From assembly GCF_006345805.1 (NCBI RefSeq), contig NC_043005.1:46252001-46316000 (forward strand): 64,000 nucleotides of DNA. The letters are read 5' to 3'. Every line of letters begins with the position of its first letter. Position 1 is the first letter of the stretch. Below, one piece after another: positions 36,119 to 50,558 of the stretch. The notes beneath the pieces are model-generated. The model was not told the origin of the DNA, searched no databases, and saw nothing but the letters and a program-made list of their open reading frames with translations. The position numbers were made by a program, and so were the translations under genes. This stretch comes from Octopus sinensis. Its lineage: Eukaryota.

Positions 36119-37299
36119 AAAAGAGAGAACTTGAGAAAGATATCCAGTGGGTGAAAAAATGGCGAAGGATCATAAACCAGGTGGGAATGTTGTTCTCTGG
36201 AGGAGTTAAGAAGGGAAGAAGTGGCTAGTGTGTAGATGCAAATATTAGAGTGTATCTGTGTCCGGAAGCGAGCATAAGGGTCATCCATACAGCCTCCATA
36301 TCAAATTGAGTGCCCCTATAAACTACTCATGTAACAACTTGTTTCTTGTTTTACTTGTTGGTGACTTTTAATCTTTGCTCTCTGCGTTGGTCATGTTATC
36401 ATACGCTTCTGTTCTGCTATATATATGTTGAAACTTTTTTCTGCGTCTGTTTCCAGTTTTTGAGTCGATACTCTGTTAAATCTTTCCTAAGCTCGTGGTT
36501 CTGACTACAAATCAGAAGTATCTCAATTTCAAGGAAGCATAAAAAACTAGATTTCCTATACCTCACATGGTTCTTTAAATGCTTTTATTTTTAAGGCTTT
36601 ATTTCTCAAGTACCTACTTATATAAACATCACAGGGCATCGCAAATTAACTATCAGAACCCCTTTTTCAGCCCAGACCATGCCATACGATTAGGCGTGTT
36701 GAGAGCACATCGTACATCTACCTACCTTTATTTTCCAAATATAATTTTCGACACTTTTCTTTAATTACATCGTGTACAAAATTTTACATATTTTTTAATC
36801 TTTGGTCAGTAAGTATCATTTTATATTTATTTCTATCTAGAAATCAAAGGAAATGACTGTTATCCCCTTCAAACTTTACTTGTGTGATCTGGACATCAAT
36901 GTTTTGTAACTGACCTATTTTCCATTACATTTCAGACAGATTCAGTGCTGAGTTGCTGAAGCAGAAATATCGTTATAGCAAATATTCTGCTCAGTGCCAC
37001 AAACTTGCTCGTCAGTTGCTTGATTTTAACCACTTGAGTATGTCCATTAGTGGCTGACAATATGTGCATCTCTGATTATGAGGAGGAGTGGCGGGTGAGC
37101 ATCACAGCCATGTGTTGAGAGGGATTCTTTGGGGTTTGAATAAATGTAACAAAAGCAAAGCTTGAAGGAAATATTATCGATTTTTCATTCTTTGTAGGGG
37201 TAAGCAAACAGGAAATAACATCGCTAGTTGCAGTTTTGTAGTAGCTCTATACAGTTTCTGTTCGTACACGTCGTAGTAAGAAATCATAGCACTCTCATG

Positions 37300-37724
37300 G
37301 GAACTTTCCAACACACTTTACCATTCTCTCCACTCTTGTTAACGGTATATCATCGACTTGGTGTGGCCATGTGAACGTCGTAAAAAGGTCATGTCGATGA
37401 CATCACGCCTTCAAAATTTTCGATTGGACTGTTGTCGTCAATGACACTTAGTCCTTGTCTCAATATGGTCTTGATTTCAATAACACTTTTTGTATTCTTT
37501 AAGATTTTTGTTTAAGTACGTCCAATGCTTTTAATTACTTGCTTCTTGATCGGCAGAATTAGCCCCCAATTCTATTTCAAAACAGAATTCCTTCTTATAT
37601 ATTCCGAATTATGAACATAATGTAATTTATTTTCTAGGATAGCTCCTTCAGTCAGGTTAGGAGAGATTTAGCTTTTCCCACTCTTTGTTCCTCCTAATGA
37701 AGTGTTGTTTTTCATTTGAAGCTC

Positions 37725-37760
<36 letters not shown>

Positions 37761-38209
37761 CTCCTCCTCCTCCTCCTCCTCCTCCTCCTCCTCCTCCTCC
37801 TCCTCCTCCTCCTCCTTTCAGTCGTATTGACGTGTTATGTCCACTGCACGCACTCATCTCTTTTTATCAATGAATTCATTCTTCAATACTATCGTAATCA
37901 GCTTTTTCTTCTTCTCAGCACTGTTTTTCACACTTACCGTCTTAGGACCTAACATAATAGCAAAAAATGCACAAAATTAAACAAACATACTGGGAAAAAC
38001 ACAACAGAGATACCACCACAACGAGATAAACACGTTAACTGCGCTTATTGGGATAGTGTGTAACACCTCAGCGCCGAATAGCGGTCGGTTGTATGAAACC
38101 TGTTCGTACTGCAGATTTCTTCTTGTACCTCAAGACAAAATTTCACATGAGCCTCGGCTCGTACAGTAAATTACTCGAACAATGGCGCACTCGTACTGCG
38201 AGGATCTAC

Positions 38210-38211
<2 letters not shown>
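37300..38211 (-). mobile_element. Tigger/pogo DNA transposon remnant, split by (GGA)n(CGA)n
   Basis: Terminus CAGTAGATCCTCGCAGTACGAGTGCGCCATTGTTCGAGTAATTTAC (38211-38166). ATG at 37955 opens MLGPKTVSVKNSAEKKKKLITIVLKNEFIDK..VRAVDITRQY (CENP-B-type HTH); GANSADQEA near 37560. The left boundary is approximate. Confidence 0.7.
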
Positions 38212-38291
<80 letters not shown>

Positions 38292-38542
38292 CCAGGTGGT
38301 GCTATTAAGTTAGACATGGCCTGGGCCATAATGGCCGAAACCTATCAAAGTATCAAAGTATCAAAGTATATATATATAGTGATGTAAATATGCCATTTGA
38401 ATATGGCTAACCCCTAAGGGTGTATGCTACTGTAGTTTTTAACCCCAGGAAGACATCTCCTCCAGCTGGCTATAGACACACTTTCTGTGCCCTATCAGTA
38501 TTTGCAAAGGGAAGCCATCCTTCCCGTCTTCAACTTATGATA

Positions 38543-38587
38543 CACACGGACCCGAGTTTCAAGGTATTGACCTATCATCAGCGTGTG
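38543..38587 (-). ncRNA. Type I hammerhead ribozyme motif in a ~230-bp insert (38379-38610) inside (TA)n
   Basis: Minus strand reads CACACG-CTGATGA-T-AGGT-CAAT-ACCT-T-GAAA-CTCGGG-TC-CGTGTG, with a 6-bp stem I and GUC site. Confidence 0.8.
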
Positions 38588-38605
38588 ACAATCACAGTTG
38601 TCGAT

Positions 38606-38653
<48 letters not shown>

Positions 38654-39058
38654 GAACAAACTTACTTAGAAATGGATGCGTGCATTCTGTCGTGTAAATG
38701 CGGAGTAGACGAAACCATGGCGACTGAAGAAGGGGAATTTTCCTTGTGTCATATGTCCTGTACTCTATTTTTTCGTTGTTTAAGAAAAATGTCCAGTTCC
38801 TTGGTTTCGTGTTTATGTTTTCGTTTCTCATTGTGTTCGACGTTTTTTTTTTGTGGTGTCCTGTACCCATATATGCATGTATATATACATGTAGATGTAG
38901 GTACGTACTTATATGTATGTATATATGCATGTTTTATCTATTAATTTATTATATATATATATATAATATAATATAATATAATATATGTAGATATGTATAT
39001 ATATCTAAATCTTTAAATTGTTTCAGCTTCAAAGCTGCGATCATGCTGGGGCACCACC

Positions 39059-39109
<51 letters not shown>

Positions 39110-40096
39110 AAATTTATAGAAAAACAAAACATGAAGACAGGTGCATGAGCAAGAAGTGTATTAGTCTGACGTATATATATATATATTACCGCCGGTGTGC
39201 GTGTATGTGTGTGTGTGTGTGCATATGTGGGCATGTTGCGTGTATAAAAGTGGATCTCCATGTTTGTGTAAAAGTAGGTGTATACCTTGTGTTTATGTGT
39301 GTGTGTGTTTATGTGTGTGTGTGTAATATGTGCGCGTATACGTGGCTATACGCGTATGATGCGTGCGTGTGTAATTGAGTGGTAGTGCGTATGTACACAT
39401 TTTTGTAAGCCTTATCTACTCGTTACATTCTATTCACTCACTCAAATATACCAGATGACACACACACACAACACACACACACACCACACACACACACACA
39501 CACACAACACACACACACACACACACAGACATACACACACACACACACAACACACACACACACACGCAGAAGTACATAAACGTATCATGATATAATACGA
39601 AACTCTGAGGTAATCTAATTGATTTGATTTGTTAATCTCCAACTATTGGCATCGGTTATATTCCAAAGTGCAACGCTTTTCTTCAAAATAAAAGACATAA
39701 AAATCATTATTTTACCTCTGTATAAGCTAATTAACGTCATTTAATTAATTCTATACACTGAATTCGAAGCTTTTAGTTTCGACAAAATTGTGGTTTTATT
39801 GCTACATTAGTAAAGAGCCGCGTAACAAAGCCAGTTTTAAACGACAGTTGTCTGCCTTAAACAGTTTTAAATATCTCTGCCAATATTACCACTAGAGGTC
39901 TCTCTGGTACTGCATGTAACAAATATGGACATACACTCATACACTTCACATATTCATAAATACATACATGCATACATAGGTATAGTTAAATGTATATTTG
40001 TCAATATGCACACTTGATCTAACGTAATGATCTGGGACAGGAAAAATAAATTATGCAAATCACTATTATATTATATTATATTATATTATATATATA

Positions 40097-40127
<31 letters not shown>

Positions 40128-40253
40128 CAGTAGAACCTCGTAGTACGAGTGCACCATTGTACAAGTAATTTACTAAAGGAAACTTTAGAAAAATATCCAA
40201 GATAAAAGAAAATATAAAAAGAACTCTGTGGTATACCGTTGAGGAATCTACTG
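40128..40253 (+). mobile_element. Tigger-derived MITE remnant
   Basis: TA-CAGTAGAACCTCGTAGTACGAGTGCACCATTGTACAAGTAATTTAC matches the terminus at 38166-38211; GAGGAATCTACTG at 40241-40253 is a short opposite end. Confidence 0.65.
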
Positions 40254-41134
40254 ATACTATAAGCTTTTTTTTTTTTTTTTTAGATAAAATGGTTGTAGCA
40301 ACACATGGTTATGTAATTAAGTACCTTAGTATCAATTTGGAAAAAGTTGGATTTCACAAAACTAATTTAGAAAACAAGCGATAAATAACAGAGTTTTAAA
40401 TAAATAAATAAATAAAACATATTCTAAGATTTTATTCGGTAACATGAACACATACACGCATGTAGACATGGAAATATATAAGTAATCTATACCGTTGGGA
40501 ATAAAACACACGTTAATAACCAATCATACAAGTAAATATATATAAATTACGTGATATGGGAATTTCGGCGCCCATGACAGACGATTCTTGTCTGCTATGA
40601 TCTCTACGTGTGCTTTTATGTACCAAGCACTTATGTTCCAAGCTAATAACACAATATTCGGTGTTCTTACAGGACATCCATGTTAAGTTGGATATAAAGA
40701 TTGCCTTTCGTTATCAACATTGCTTCCGTCGCTAATAGTTAGATATGTATAAATATCTAGTTAATATCTGTTACATTTCAACATGAATTTTCAATTTGTA
40801 AAAACCCTATTTGATGGCACATAAGATGCACATTTCTCAAGAGAATCATTCCGGATCCATTATGCGAAGCTGGGCCTGCCATAAGCTAATTTTGTCCTTA
40901 ATGCTCACTATTCTAGTATCCTCTAAATCTAGACAGTCTCTTCAAGACAGCCTGACTCCATAATAATGATAGTTACTTAAACATTATTATTACTACTTAC
41001 ATAACAACGGACCGGTGATGTTCGCTAGTATCCGCCAATTTATTATTACGACGATACTTTTTTTTCCTGAATATGCGCTGCCGAAAGTGGGGTGCATCTT
41101 TTATGCCCTCATATTCTGTTCTTTCAAATACACC

Positions 41135-41370
41135 TCTTATTTTTCAGTTCTTTCTGTCATTAGATTGCGGCTATGCTGGAGAACCATGTTGAAGAATTTT
41201 AGTCGAATAAATCGATCCCATCACTTATTATTTCTTTGTAAAGCCACTTTATCGGTGTCTTTTGCAGAACTGCTAAGTTATGGGGATGTAAATACACCAA
41301 CACCGGTTGTCAAGCAGTGATGGGGGACAAACACAGACAGAAAGACACACACATTCACACACACACACAC

Positions 41371-41421
<51 letters not shown>

Positions 41422-41562
41422 ACACACACACACACGCGCGCGACAGTTTCCGTCTACCATATCCACTCACAAGCCTTTAGTCGGCCCGAGGCTATAGTAG
41501 AAGACACTTGCCCAAGCTACCACGCAGTGGGACTGAACCCGGAATCATGTGGTTGGAAAGCA
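41135..41562 (-). mobile_element. SINE family A
   Basis: GCTATAGTAGAAGACACTTGCCCAAG..GTGGGACTGAACCC, with internal (CA)n. Confidence 0.85.
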
Positions 41563-42661
41563 ACTTCAAAAATTAGGCTGTTCAGCAATAAAAAAAGATA
41601 AATCTTTAATAACGCCATTTAATAAGTGACATTTAGGCATTTTTGTATTCGTTTCGTTATCTCGCTATATCCACGTTTAGTTTTATAGTTTTCCGGATGG
41701 CCTTGCCGTCATTATCAATCCTGCAGAAACGTACATAAAACAGAAGATTGCCATAAGCCCAATGAAAGATTGTATGTTAGACGCTGATTCTTTCATTATT
41801 GGAGAAAAATTTAAACTAAACCAGAAGGACGTACATAAGCATGGATGTTCAGGAAATTGCATTGATGTGCATACAGATATCTACGCATACACAGACATAT
41901 ATTTGAATACATAGCTTCCTCTCGTATTTTCTCGTGTTTTCTCATAGACTAGCGTCCACGTTGTTTATTTGAGCCTGAAGGGTTACTTAGAGGCACATGG
42001 TATGATATAAAAATCTGCCGATTTATTGTTCCTATAGCGTGAAACTAACAGTAGCTGGTATTTAAATACTGTTTATATTGGTTTCAAATTTTGGCACAAT
42101 GCCAGCAATTTTCGGAGAGGAGGATAGTCGATTACATCGACACCAGTGCTCAAATGGTACTTATGTATCAACAAATTTCTTTTAGAGAGAAAGTGTGTAT
42201 GTTAGTGTCTGAATGTGTGTGTGCGAGTATGTGTGTGTGTGCGTGTGTGTGCGCGTGTGTGAGAGAGAGAGAGAGAGAAAGGGAGAGAGAAGGAGAGAGA
42301 GCGGGAGAGAGAGAAAGAATGAAAGACAAAGCTGATCTCGTCGGGATTGGTATTTAGAGCATATAGAATCTATCCAGAGACCACATACATTTATATACAT
42401 AAATACATCCATATATACGTACATGCAGTATACATATATTTATATTTTTTCACTAGTTTCAGTCAATAAACTGCGGCCATGCTGGGGCACTGCGTTGAAG
42501 AATTCTAGTCGAACTAATTGACCCCAGTATTTATTTTTTTGTTATTTTATCGGTCACTCATGCCGAACCACTAACGACAGGGACGTAAACACACCAACGC
42601 CTGTTGTCAAGTGGTGAGGAGGAAAACACTGACACAAACACGCACGCGCACACGTACATAC

Positions 42662-43249
42662 ATCAAAATAAGCAACAGGATATCAAATAGTGATGCAGTA
42701 CGACCGTTTCACGCAACCCCATTTAATTGAGCAATGCAATCATTGCATCAATTTAAATGCAGTGCTCTCTTCAGCTGTACAAATAGATAAATAGAATGTT
42801 AACAAGCTGGACACATTAATATAATTTTTCTCAAATATTTTAAGATGGAAGAAATTCCTGTTGTCGCTATCGCAGCTAAGAATAGACTACACTTCCAAGA
42901 CTCGTATGAAGCCTAGTATGGTCATAGTGTTGTACGGGATTGTAATTCATTTCTAATTCATTTACTCTTTATCAACTACTAAATCTAAGAATAGAAGACT
43001 GTGTCCATTTTGAATCATGAGATTCTTGGAAGTGTAGTCTATTCTTAGCTATAATAGCGACAACATGAATTCTTCCATCTTCTTGCTCTGTTAAAATATT
43101 TGAGAAATATTATATCAATGTGTCCTACTTATTAAAATTATATTTATTTATTTGTGCAGCTGATGTAATGATTGCATTGTTCAATTAAATGGAGTTGCTT
43201 GAAACGGTCGTACTGCATCTCTACTTGATATCCTGTTGCTTATTTTGAT
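42662..43249. mobile_element. Fold-back insertion (~230-bp inverted arms) with HHR motif
   Basis: 42662-42900 is inverted at 43025-43249. Minus strand 42694-42779 reads TACAG-CTGAAGA-(long hairpin)-GAAA-CGGTCG-TA-CTGCA; the plus arm has a deletion in stem II. Confidence 0.8.
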
Positions 43250-43424
43250 TTCATTCACTTTACTTCAATCTGTGCGGATAATACAGGACTAATTTGGTAC
43301 TTCAACGTAAGTACCTAATTCAACTGAATCTCAATTATTTCTTATATATATATTTCTCTCAATTATTTCTTATATATATATATTTCTCTCCTTGTTTTTT
43401 TCTCTCCTTGTTTTTTCTGTGTCC

Positions 43425-43460
43425 CTTTCTGTAGAAGAGCGTAGGATCGAAACGTAAAAG
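43425..43460 (+). ncRNA. Minimal hammerhead-like motif with non-canonical core (CTGTAGA)
   Basis: CTTT-CTGTAGA-A-GAGC-GTAG-GATC-GAAA-CG-TA-AAAG. Downstream sequence is related to 27050-27150 and 39105-39170. Confidence 0.5.
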
Positions 43461-46400
43461 GCTTTTTCTATTACTGAGCGTTATACTAATACGTCTGTTT
43501 GTTTTGTACACCACCTGTCTTCGTCTTTTGTTTTTTTCGTAAAATCTCCCTACATATATATATATCACTGGTTTCTTTCAGTTTCCGTCTAGCAAGTCCA
43601 CTCACAAGCCTTTGGTCGGCACGAGGCTACAGTAGAAGATATTTACCCAAGGTACCATGCATTAGGTCTGAACCCGGAACCATGTAGTTAGAAAGCAAAC
43701 TTCTTGCTACATAGCCACGCCTGCAGACAATAATAAATAACATACGTGAAATAGTTTTGCTTAAAAAGCTGACCGAAACTACTTAAAAACACTATGCAAC
43801 CACCACCACCACCACCACCACCACCACATACATGAACACAGTTACGTACATAAATACATACATAAATACACATACCTACAGTTAGAGGAGCATGCGTATA
43901 CACATAAATTGACACACAGACATATACATAGAGAAACAGAGAGAAATACATACTCATATACAGACCTATATTTTCCTATATATATACACACACACATACA
44001 CACCATCTCACACAGATGGTATTTAACGCGTACACGCATAAACAAAGTACACAAACATAGAAAAACCCGCATGCAGTTACTCAGACACACATACGCACAT
44101 GTACATATATATACATACACACGCGCGTGTATTCACACACATGCACATATACACACGTTCGCGCGCGCACAAACACATATGCGATATCTATGACTCACTG
44201 GTCAGTAAACATTGTTTCGAACCCTGCTGTTCCCTTCCTTGGATTAACTTCTACTTGACCGACATAGGAGTTGTTTAGTGAGTGTAAATAGAGAGAGAGA
44301 GAGAAAGAAAATGAAAGAAGGAGAGAGTGAGAGAGAAAGAGAGAAGGAGAGAGAGAAGTAGGAATCCTTAAAAATAAGTCTATATTACAGTGACCCAGTT
44401 CAGGAAAATGGGGACACTCTGTAAACTAAATGAATGTCTCACATCCGGCTCAGTTAACCCCCCTGTTCTCATTTCCGACCCTGAATTATATATTTTCCAG
44501 CTTTCCAACTGCTTTCTTCTATATTTTTCTACTTTGAAGCAATCTCCCCAGTTTTCAGAGACAAACCAGGAATAATTAGAAGAAATGTCGAAAGTCGCCG
44601 TATTTCTCTCCCAATTATTGAAACGCTACTACGTAGGAAGAATTTTATTTACGACCATATTAACTTTTGAACCAATGAACATTTCAGAAAGAAGTTCTGA
44701 ATATTTTCTGGTTTTAACCTTATAAGAAACCTTAATGACATTTTCTTTTTAACCTTCTTAATTCATGCAGCTAACTTACATTTCGTTAATTTGTCTTTAA
44801 CTTAGAATATCTGATTGTAATAGTCAAAAGTCTTATATATATAATAAAGTCTGCAATGTTGATACTAGTTTTTAGAGTTTTAAACTCGTTAGTATTATGT
44901 AAGCCATCAATATTGACGTTTGTTTCTCGATTCTGGTTCGATATAGAGCTCCGTCTTCATACATTTTCTAAGGTCAAACCTACTTCCACCACTGCAACAT
45001 CACCTCTAACTTTAAATGCATTGTCTTAAAAATATGTGTCATATCTAACCCTCAAAAGAGCCAGCACACCAGTTTGGAAAGTAGATAGATTGAATTCAGT
45101 TTTGATAAGGCTACAAGCGAGAAAGATAGAATACTGTAGATAAAATTAAGAATACGTGCAAACATAACTAACTCTTCAGTATGAAGCCAGCATGTAAGTG
45201 TTGTCAAAATTTTTCCATTGATAAAATAATCAACATTTCTTTCTTTTGTTTCTCTCCAGCCAAACTTTTCCTTCAGTCGCTGCAATTATAAACTAGTATA
45301 TTTCACAACACATTTATTTTGTTATCACACCAATATTTTATCAGTTCCACCAATATCTATCACATTTTTTCTTCTTTCTTTCTTTTTAGTTTTATCTGAC
45401 ATTCTAATGAATGAGCCTGCTTTTGTTACTAGAATAAAAAGAAAGTAGAAAAAGCGAATCTGAAAAGCCGTGAAGAGTTTGAAGTAAGAAAGCTGAAGAA
45501 CAGAAGCGATAACTAGGTTGTTTCCGGAATGCTTTGTGATAGTAAGAAATACTTCAGAATCTCCTACTTTATCTTTTACTTCCATTAGATTTTCTTCTCT
45601 CATATATCTTTTAACTCAAGTAGTTTCTTCTTTTTTTTTTTTTCTCAAGTTTTATCATTTTGTATTGGACGTTTTTATTGAACCTATATTGAAAAACTGT
45701 CGGCCGGATGTTTGTCTATCTCTAATTTGTATCTGAATGATTCATAAAGCGAGAAAATTTCTTCCTACGTTGCCGAGCCAGTGGTTAGTCAGGTTAATAA
45801 TATAGGCCTATTCCTTTATTCTCTGCTTACTAATATTACCTATATAAAACAGGGAGTAAATCGAACGCGGTTAGTCAATGAAGTATAACTATCAAGTTTC
45901 AGTATAGTGGCGGAAGCTACGTAGCAAGAGGTAAGCTTCCGGCCAGCACGAGTGTGACATAGTTCAATCTCCGGTTGAAGCAATTTCATTTTATTTGCCC
46001 CACAACTCTCCCTGGGAAAAGCATGAAGTTTTCGACATCCTATTTCCTTCTCAAAAAATATAGCACTTTTGAGTCAAGTAAAAGAGAAAGAGAAACCAGC
46101 ATTATGGCTAAACCTTGCTCAAGAGATATAAACTACAGTCAAGCGCAGACTGCATCTCGATTTCTCTTCCACTTTGAAGCTAATTTTACAGATGATACTC
46201 TTTGGGGAAAAGAACGAATGTTTTACAATTGTATTCATCTCTGCTTTAAAGTAGGAGCTTCATGATTCGATTATGTAACCGAAAATAATAATTATTACCT
46301 TTCGTGCAAAGCTATACACAATACGGAATCATGCTTACTGTTCAAAGGTGAAATTAATGGGATTATCACGAGGAAGAGCTTCAACTGTTTTGGAGGACAG

Positions 46401-46674
46401 GGTTTTTCTTTCATTAAATATTCTCCAAGAAGGGTTCTATCTGAATTCTTAGACATTCTTCTTCCACACGTCAAAACTATTTACTCTATCTTTGAACTGT
46501 TTATAATCACTAATTACTGATGAAGATCATAATTAGTTTACCTCATCTTCTATTGTTTTCTTTCAATACGTTCAGTTTTAAATTTTCTCTATTGACATTT
46601 TGATTTCACATTTTGCCGCGGTTCAAAAATTCTTAATGATTTCAAGGTTGATAAAAATGAATATCTACAATATC

Positions 46675-47050
46675 GGTGCAGGCGTGGCTGTGTGGTAAGA
46701 AGCTTGCTTCCCAGCCACATTGTTTCGTTTTCAATCCCATTGGGCAAGTGTCTTCTACAGAAACCTCGGGTCGACCAAAGGCTTGTGAATGGATTTGGTA
46801 GACGGAAACTGAAAGAAGCTCGTCATGTGTGTGGCTATATATATATATATATATGTATATGTGTGTGTGTGTGTGTGTGTGTCTTCGTGTGTGTCTTCGT
46901 GTTTGTCCCCACCGCTTAACAACCGGTGTTGGTGTGTTTACATACCTCGTGACGTAGCAATTCGGTAAAAGATAGCGATAGGATAAATACCAAGCTTTTA
47001 AAAAAAATACACTTAGATCGATTCAATGAATTTAGGAACTTCTTCAATAA
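46675..47050 (+). mobile_element. SINE family A
   Basis: GGTGCAGGCGTGGCTGTGTGGTAAG..TTGGGCAAGTGTCTT..GGATTTGGTAGACGGAAACTGAAAGAAG. Confidence 0.85.
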
Positions 47051-47346
47051 GACATTAACTCTATGTTCAGTCAAAATAAATAAATAATATTTTACATTCA
47101 AAGATACTGTCGAGGCAATATTTTCTCTTGTTTCTCTACCTTCTTAGTGCAAAAATCTGATGTTCTGTATGTTATAACTTCAAGTTGGATGAAATCAGTA
47201 TTAATCATTGACTTCGTCCGAGGATAATCTACTGTATTCCAATTAACAGCCAGTTGCCAATGTAAGAAAAAAAATTACTATTATTATTTTCTATCAATTG
47301 TAAAAAAGCAAAATAAGCTGGAAATTTATCTACCTGTAATATATAG

Positions 47347-47727
47347 TCTTTATTCTTTTACTTGTTTCAGTCATTTGACTGCGGCCATGCTGGAGCACCG
47401 TCTTTATTCGAGCAAATCAACCCCAGGACTTATTCTTCGTAAGCCTAGTACTTATTCTATCGGTTCTCTTTTGCCGAACCACTGAGTTACGGGGAAATAA
47501 ACACACCAACATCGGTTGTTAAGCGATGGTGGGGGGACAAACACAAACACAGACACACATATATACGACAGGCTTCTTTCAGTTTCCGTCTACCAAATCT
47601 ATTCTCAAAGGCTTTGGTCGGCTCGAGGCTATAGCAGAAGACACGTGTACAAGGTGCCACGAAGTGGGACTGAACCCGGAACCATGTGGTTGGTAAGCAA
47701 GCTTAATTACCACACAGCCACTCCTGC
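47347..47727 (-). mobile_element. SINE family A, full length
   Basis: Reverse complement of 31782-32197 throughout. Confidence 0.9.
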
Positions 47728-48179
47728 GTCCACCACGCAGCCACTACTGTGCCTGTCAAAGTTTTAAAAAAATTCGCTTGTCAGACATCCATAAATTCGT
47801 TTTAATCTGTCCTTAGATGTTAAACAAAGGTGCATGGTCTAATGGTTTGGGGTGTTGCACTTCTCGGTCCGATTGGTGCGTTGCGTTCTTTGAGCGAAAC
47901 ACTTCATTTAATGTTGTTCTAGCTCACTCGGCTATAAATAAGTAGACCCTCGATTAACCGACTGGCGTCCGTTTAGAGGGTTATATTGTGATCTCATTCA
48001 CTTATACGTCAAGGAAACAGAGCAACCGGCCGTATGAGGCCTTGGACACGAGAGAGTTATGCCCAGGGGACTTAACTCCTTTTTTTACTCCTAGTTTTAG
48101 TTCATTTTTTTCAGCATTTATTTTATTGAAAGTCAAAACTATATCCATACCTGTAAGTGAGCATAGTTAGCGTGTAAAT

Positions 48180-48361
48180 CAACGGTCTTCAACCGTGACC
48201 CCCAGGACCGCATGCGGCCCTCAAGCATTCTTCCGGCGGCTTTTCTCTATAATATAAAGCTTTTTCTTTAACTGACTTCTGTTTTACTTCTTTTGATGCA
48301 GCCCCCTAAAAAATCCGGGTTTTGGATCTGGCCCAGATATTAAAATGGTCGAGAACCACTG
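48180..48361. mobile_element. hAT-family MITE with 8-bp TSD
   Basis: CAACGGTCTTCAACC..GGTCGAGAACCACTG termini (CAGTGGTTCTCAACC type); TSD GTGTAAAT / GTATAAAT; internal GCATGCGGCCC. Confidence 0.8.
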
Positions 48362-48632
48362 GTATAAATATTCCAACTGAGTACGAAGAGAATTTCTTTA
48401 TAGAAGAAATTATAGTCAGAAACTCGACTATAAACGTGCATATTTTGTCATCAACCAGGGAGAAAAGGCGCATTATCGACAAGAAAGTTTTCAGCTAAGA
48501 GTGTAAAGGGAGTTATTCTAACTGGCGTTAAGTATTTCATCCAACGCCCTCTTGTTTCATTCTCGATAGCGTTAAATAATGTTTCAGTCTGATATTGTTA
48601 AAATATTGTAAAAAAAAAAAAAAAAGCGAAAA

Positions 48633-49082
48633 TATTGGTTTCAAATTTTGGTACAAGGCCAGCAATTTCGGGATAGGGGCAAGTCGATTTCATTGACCTC
48701 AGGACTCAATTGATACTTATTTTATTGACCCTGGAGGGATGAAAAATGAAGTTGACCCCGGCGAAATTTGAACTCAGAATATAAAGGCGGATGAAATGGC
48801 GCTAAGCATTTTGTCCTGCATGGTAACTATTCTGCCAACTAATCGCCTTGACAGCAGTGAAAATATTGCTTTCAAGTTTCCGCACAAAGCCTGCAATTAC
48901 GAAGGAGGGGGTAAGTCGATTTCATCGACTTCTGGACTCAATTAGTACTTATTTTATCAACGCAGAAAGGGATGAAAAGTAAAGTCGAACCCGGCGTATT
49001 TTGAACCCAGAACATAAAGACGGACGAAATACCGCCAAGCATTTTGCCCGGCATGCTAACGATTCTACCAGCTCGCCGCCTC
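48633..49082 (-). mobile_element. SINE family B tandem dimer
   Basis: Two copies separated and flanked by GAAAATATTG (48628, 48859, 49092). Confidence 0.85.
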
Positions 49083-50478
49083 AACAACAAGGAAAATATT
49101 GCAAAATGCTCCACTAACTGAGACGAGAGTAAAGAATTCGTTTTCATGTAGTGATAAGGTCAAACCAGCCTGTCAGAATACATCCATGTTCATATTATTG
49201 AAGAGAGACGAACACTTGGTACATGGGGCGCAAATAATGAGCATCGGCTCCTGCCGAGAATCGAAATTAGAAATTCCTCACCACTCTATGGTGTACAAAA
49301 ATTATAATCTATATTTGACATAAATAAAACAATGTCAACTAGAAAATATTTCACATTAACATTCAATGTAAAGACATTCAATTGGCTAGGGGTTCGTTCC
49401 CTGTCATAGGCAGAATGCTCATTGGGATTGTACAAATAAAAATTAGCTTGCTTCAGAGATCTTGTTAGGGGATCCTTGAGGCAATCGGCGTATTGTCCAT
49501 GTTGTATTACTTTTAGCGCCTTTGTGTAAAATCCTTTAGCTGGTTCTACTTGTTGTTACTTTATCTAACGGTCATCGTTTTCCTTTCCTTCACCAATATC
49601 CAAGCCGGTTAAAGGAAACTGACAAGACAAACAAAAGCGAATATCGGGGAAATTCAGCCGGAGAAACACACGCGCACACACGGAGACTGCTCCGGATTGG
49701 TAATTACTAATGTGCAAATGGAAACTCCATCATTCTACCAATAAAAACATGAAATAAATGAAACTATAACATACACGGTAGCCAAAGACTTTATTGGTAA
49801 AACTGAAATGCCGGGAGCAAATTTACTATTCTCTACAAAAATACATCTCTTTATAGAAAAAGTTGCATTTTCTTTAGAACTAGATTCAGTTTCAATAATA
49901 CAAGACTGGGATGGAAAGAAAATCGCAGGAAGCAAATCGAATATTGTTTTCTTGATAAAAATAAGAAAAAGAACACACACACGCACGCACGCACATACAC
50001 ACCCACACACACACTCACACACGCACACAGAGAAAAAATAAATAAATAAATAAATATGATTTTGTGTTGTGCTTGACTGACAAAATACGCCAGCAGCATT
50101 CTCGTGAATTCGAAGAAAATTGAGGCAGATGGCAATTTCTTGGTTCTTTCATATCTCAGTTTATACGGAATGTCTTCTTTGTGACAAGTGCTTCTTTCGT
50201 CGAATTACTTAAAAAGAAATGATATATTATTAGAAATCCGAGTAAAAGCTTTGAATTTTCTGGAGTTATCGAAAGTAGAATTTGAAACTGTTCGACATTT
50301 ATTAAAAATTTGGTGTCATTGTTATTTGAGAGAGAGAAAATGCAAAATATCTCTATCTATCTATCTATCTATCCATTTGATCGAAAACCAGCCCCCCTTT
50401 TTTTATCCCCAAAAAGAAAAGCTCTACCTTGTAATTTGTCCCGTCTGTGTGCAGCCCTGTGTAGCTAATAAAGAAACA

Positions 50479-50558
<80 letters not shown>

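Larger units (their letters stand above)
42445..43725 (-). mobile_element. SINE family A split at its internal microsatellite by two HHR-bearing insertions
   Basis: 3' half at 42445-42660 and 5' half at 43570-43725, same orientation. Confidence 0.75.

Noticed and set aside
38291-38367. GGCCATAATGGCC-GAAAC hairpin as a hammerhead
   Set aside because: No CUGANGA and no stem I or III.
44631-45771. 12-bp inverted repeat ACGTAGGAAGAA bounding 1.1 kb
   Set aside because: Too short, no TSD, and no recognisable transposase inside.
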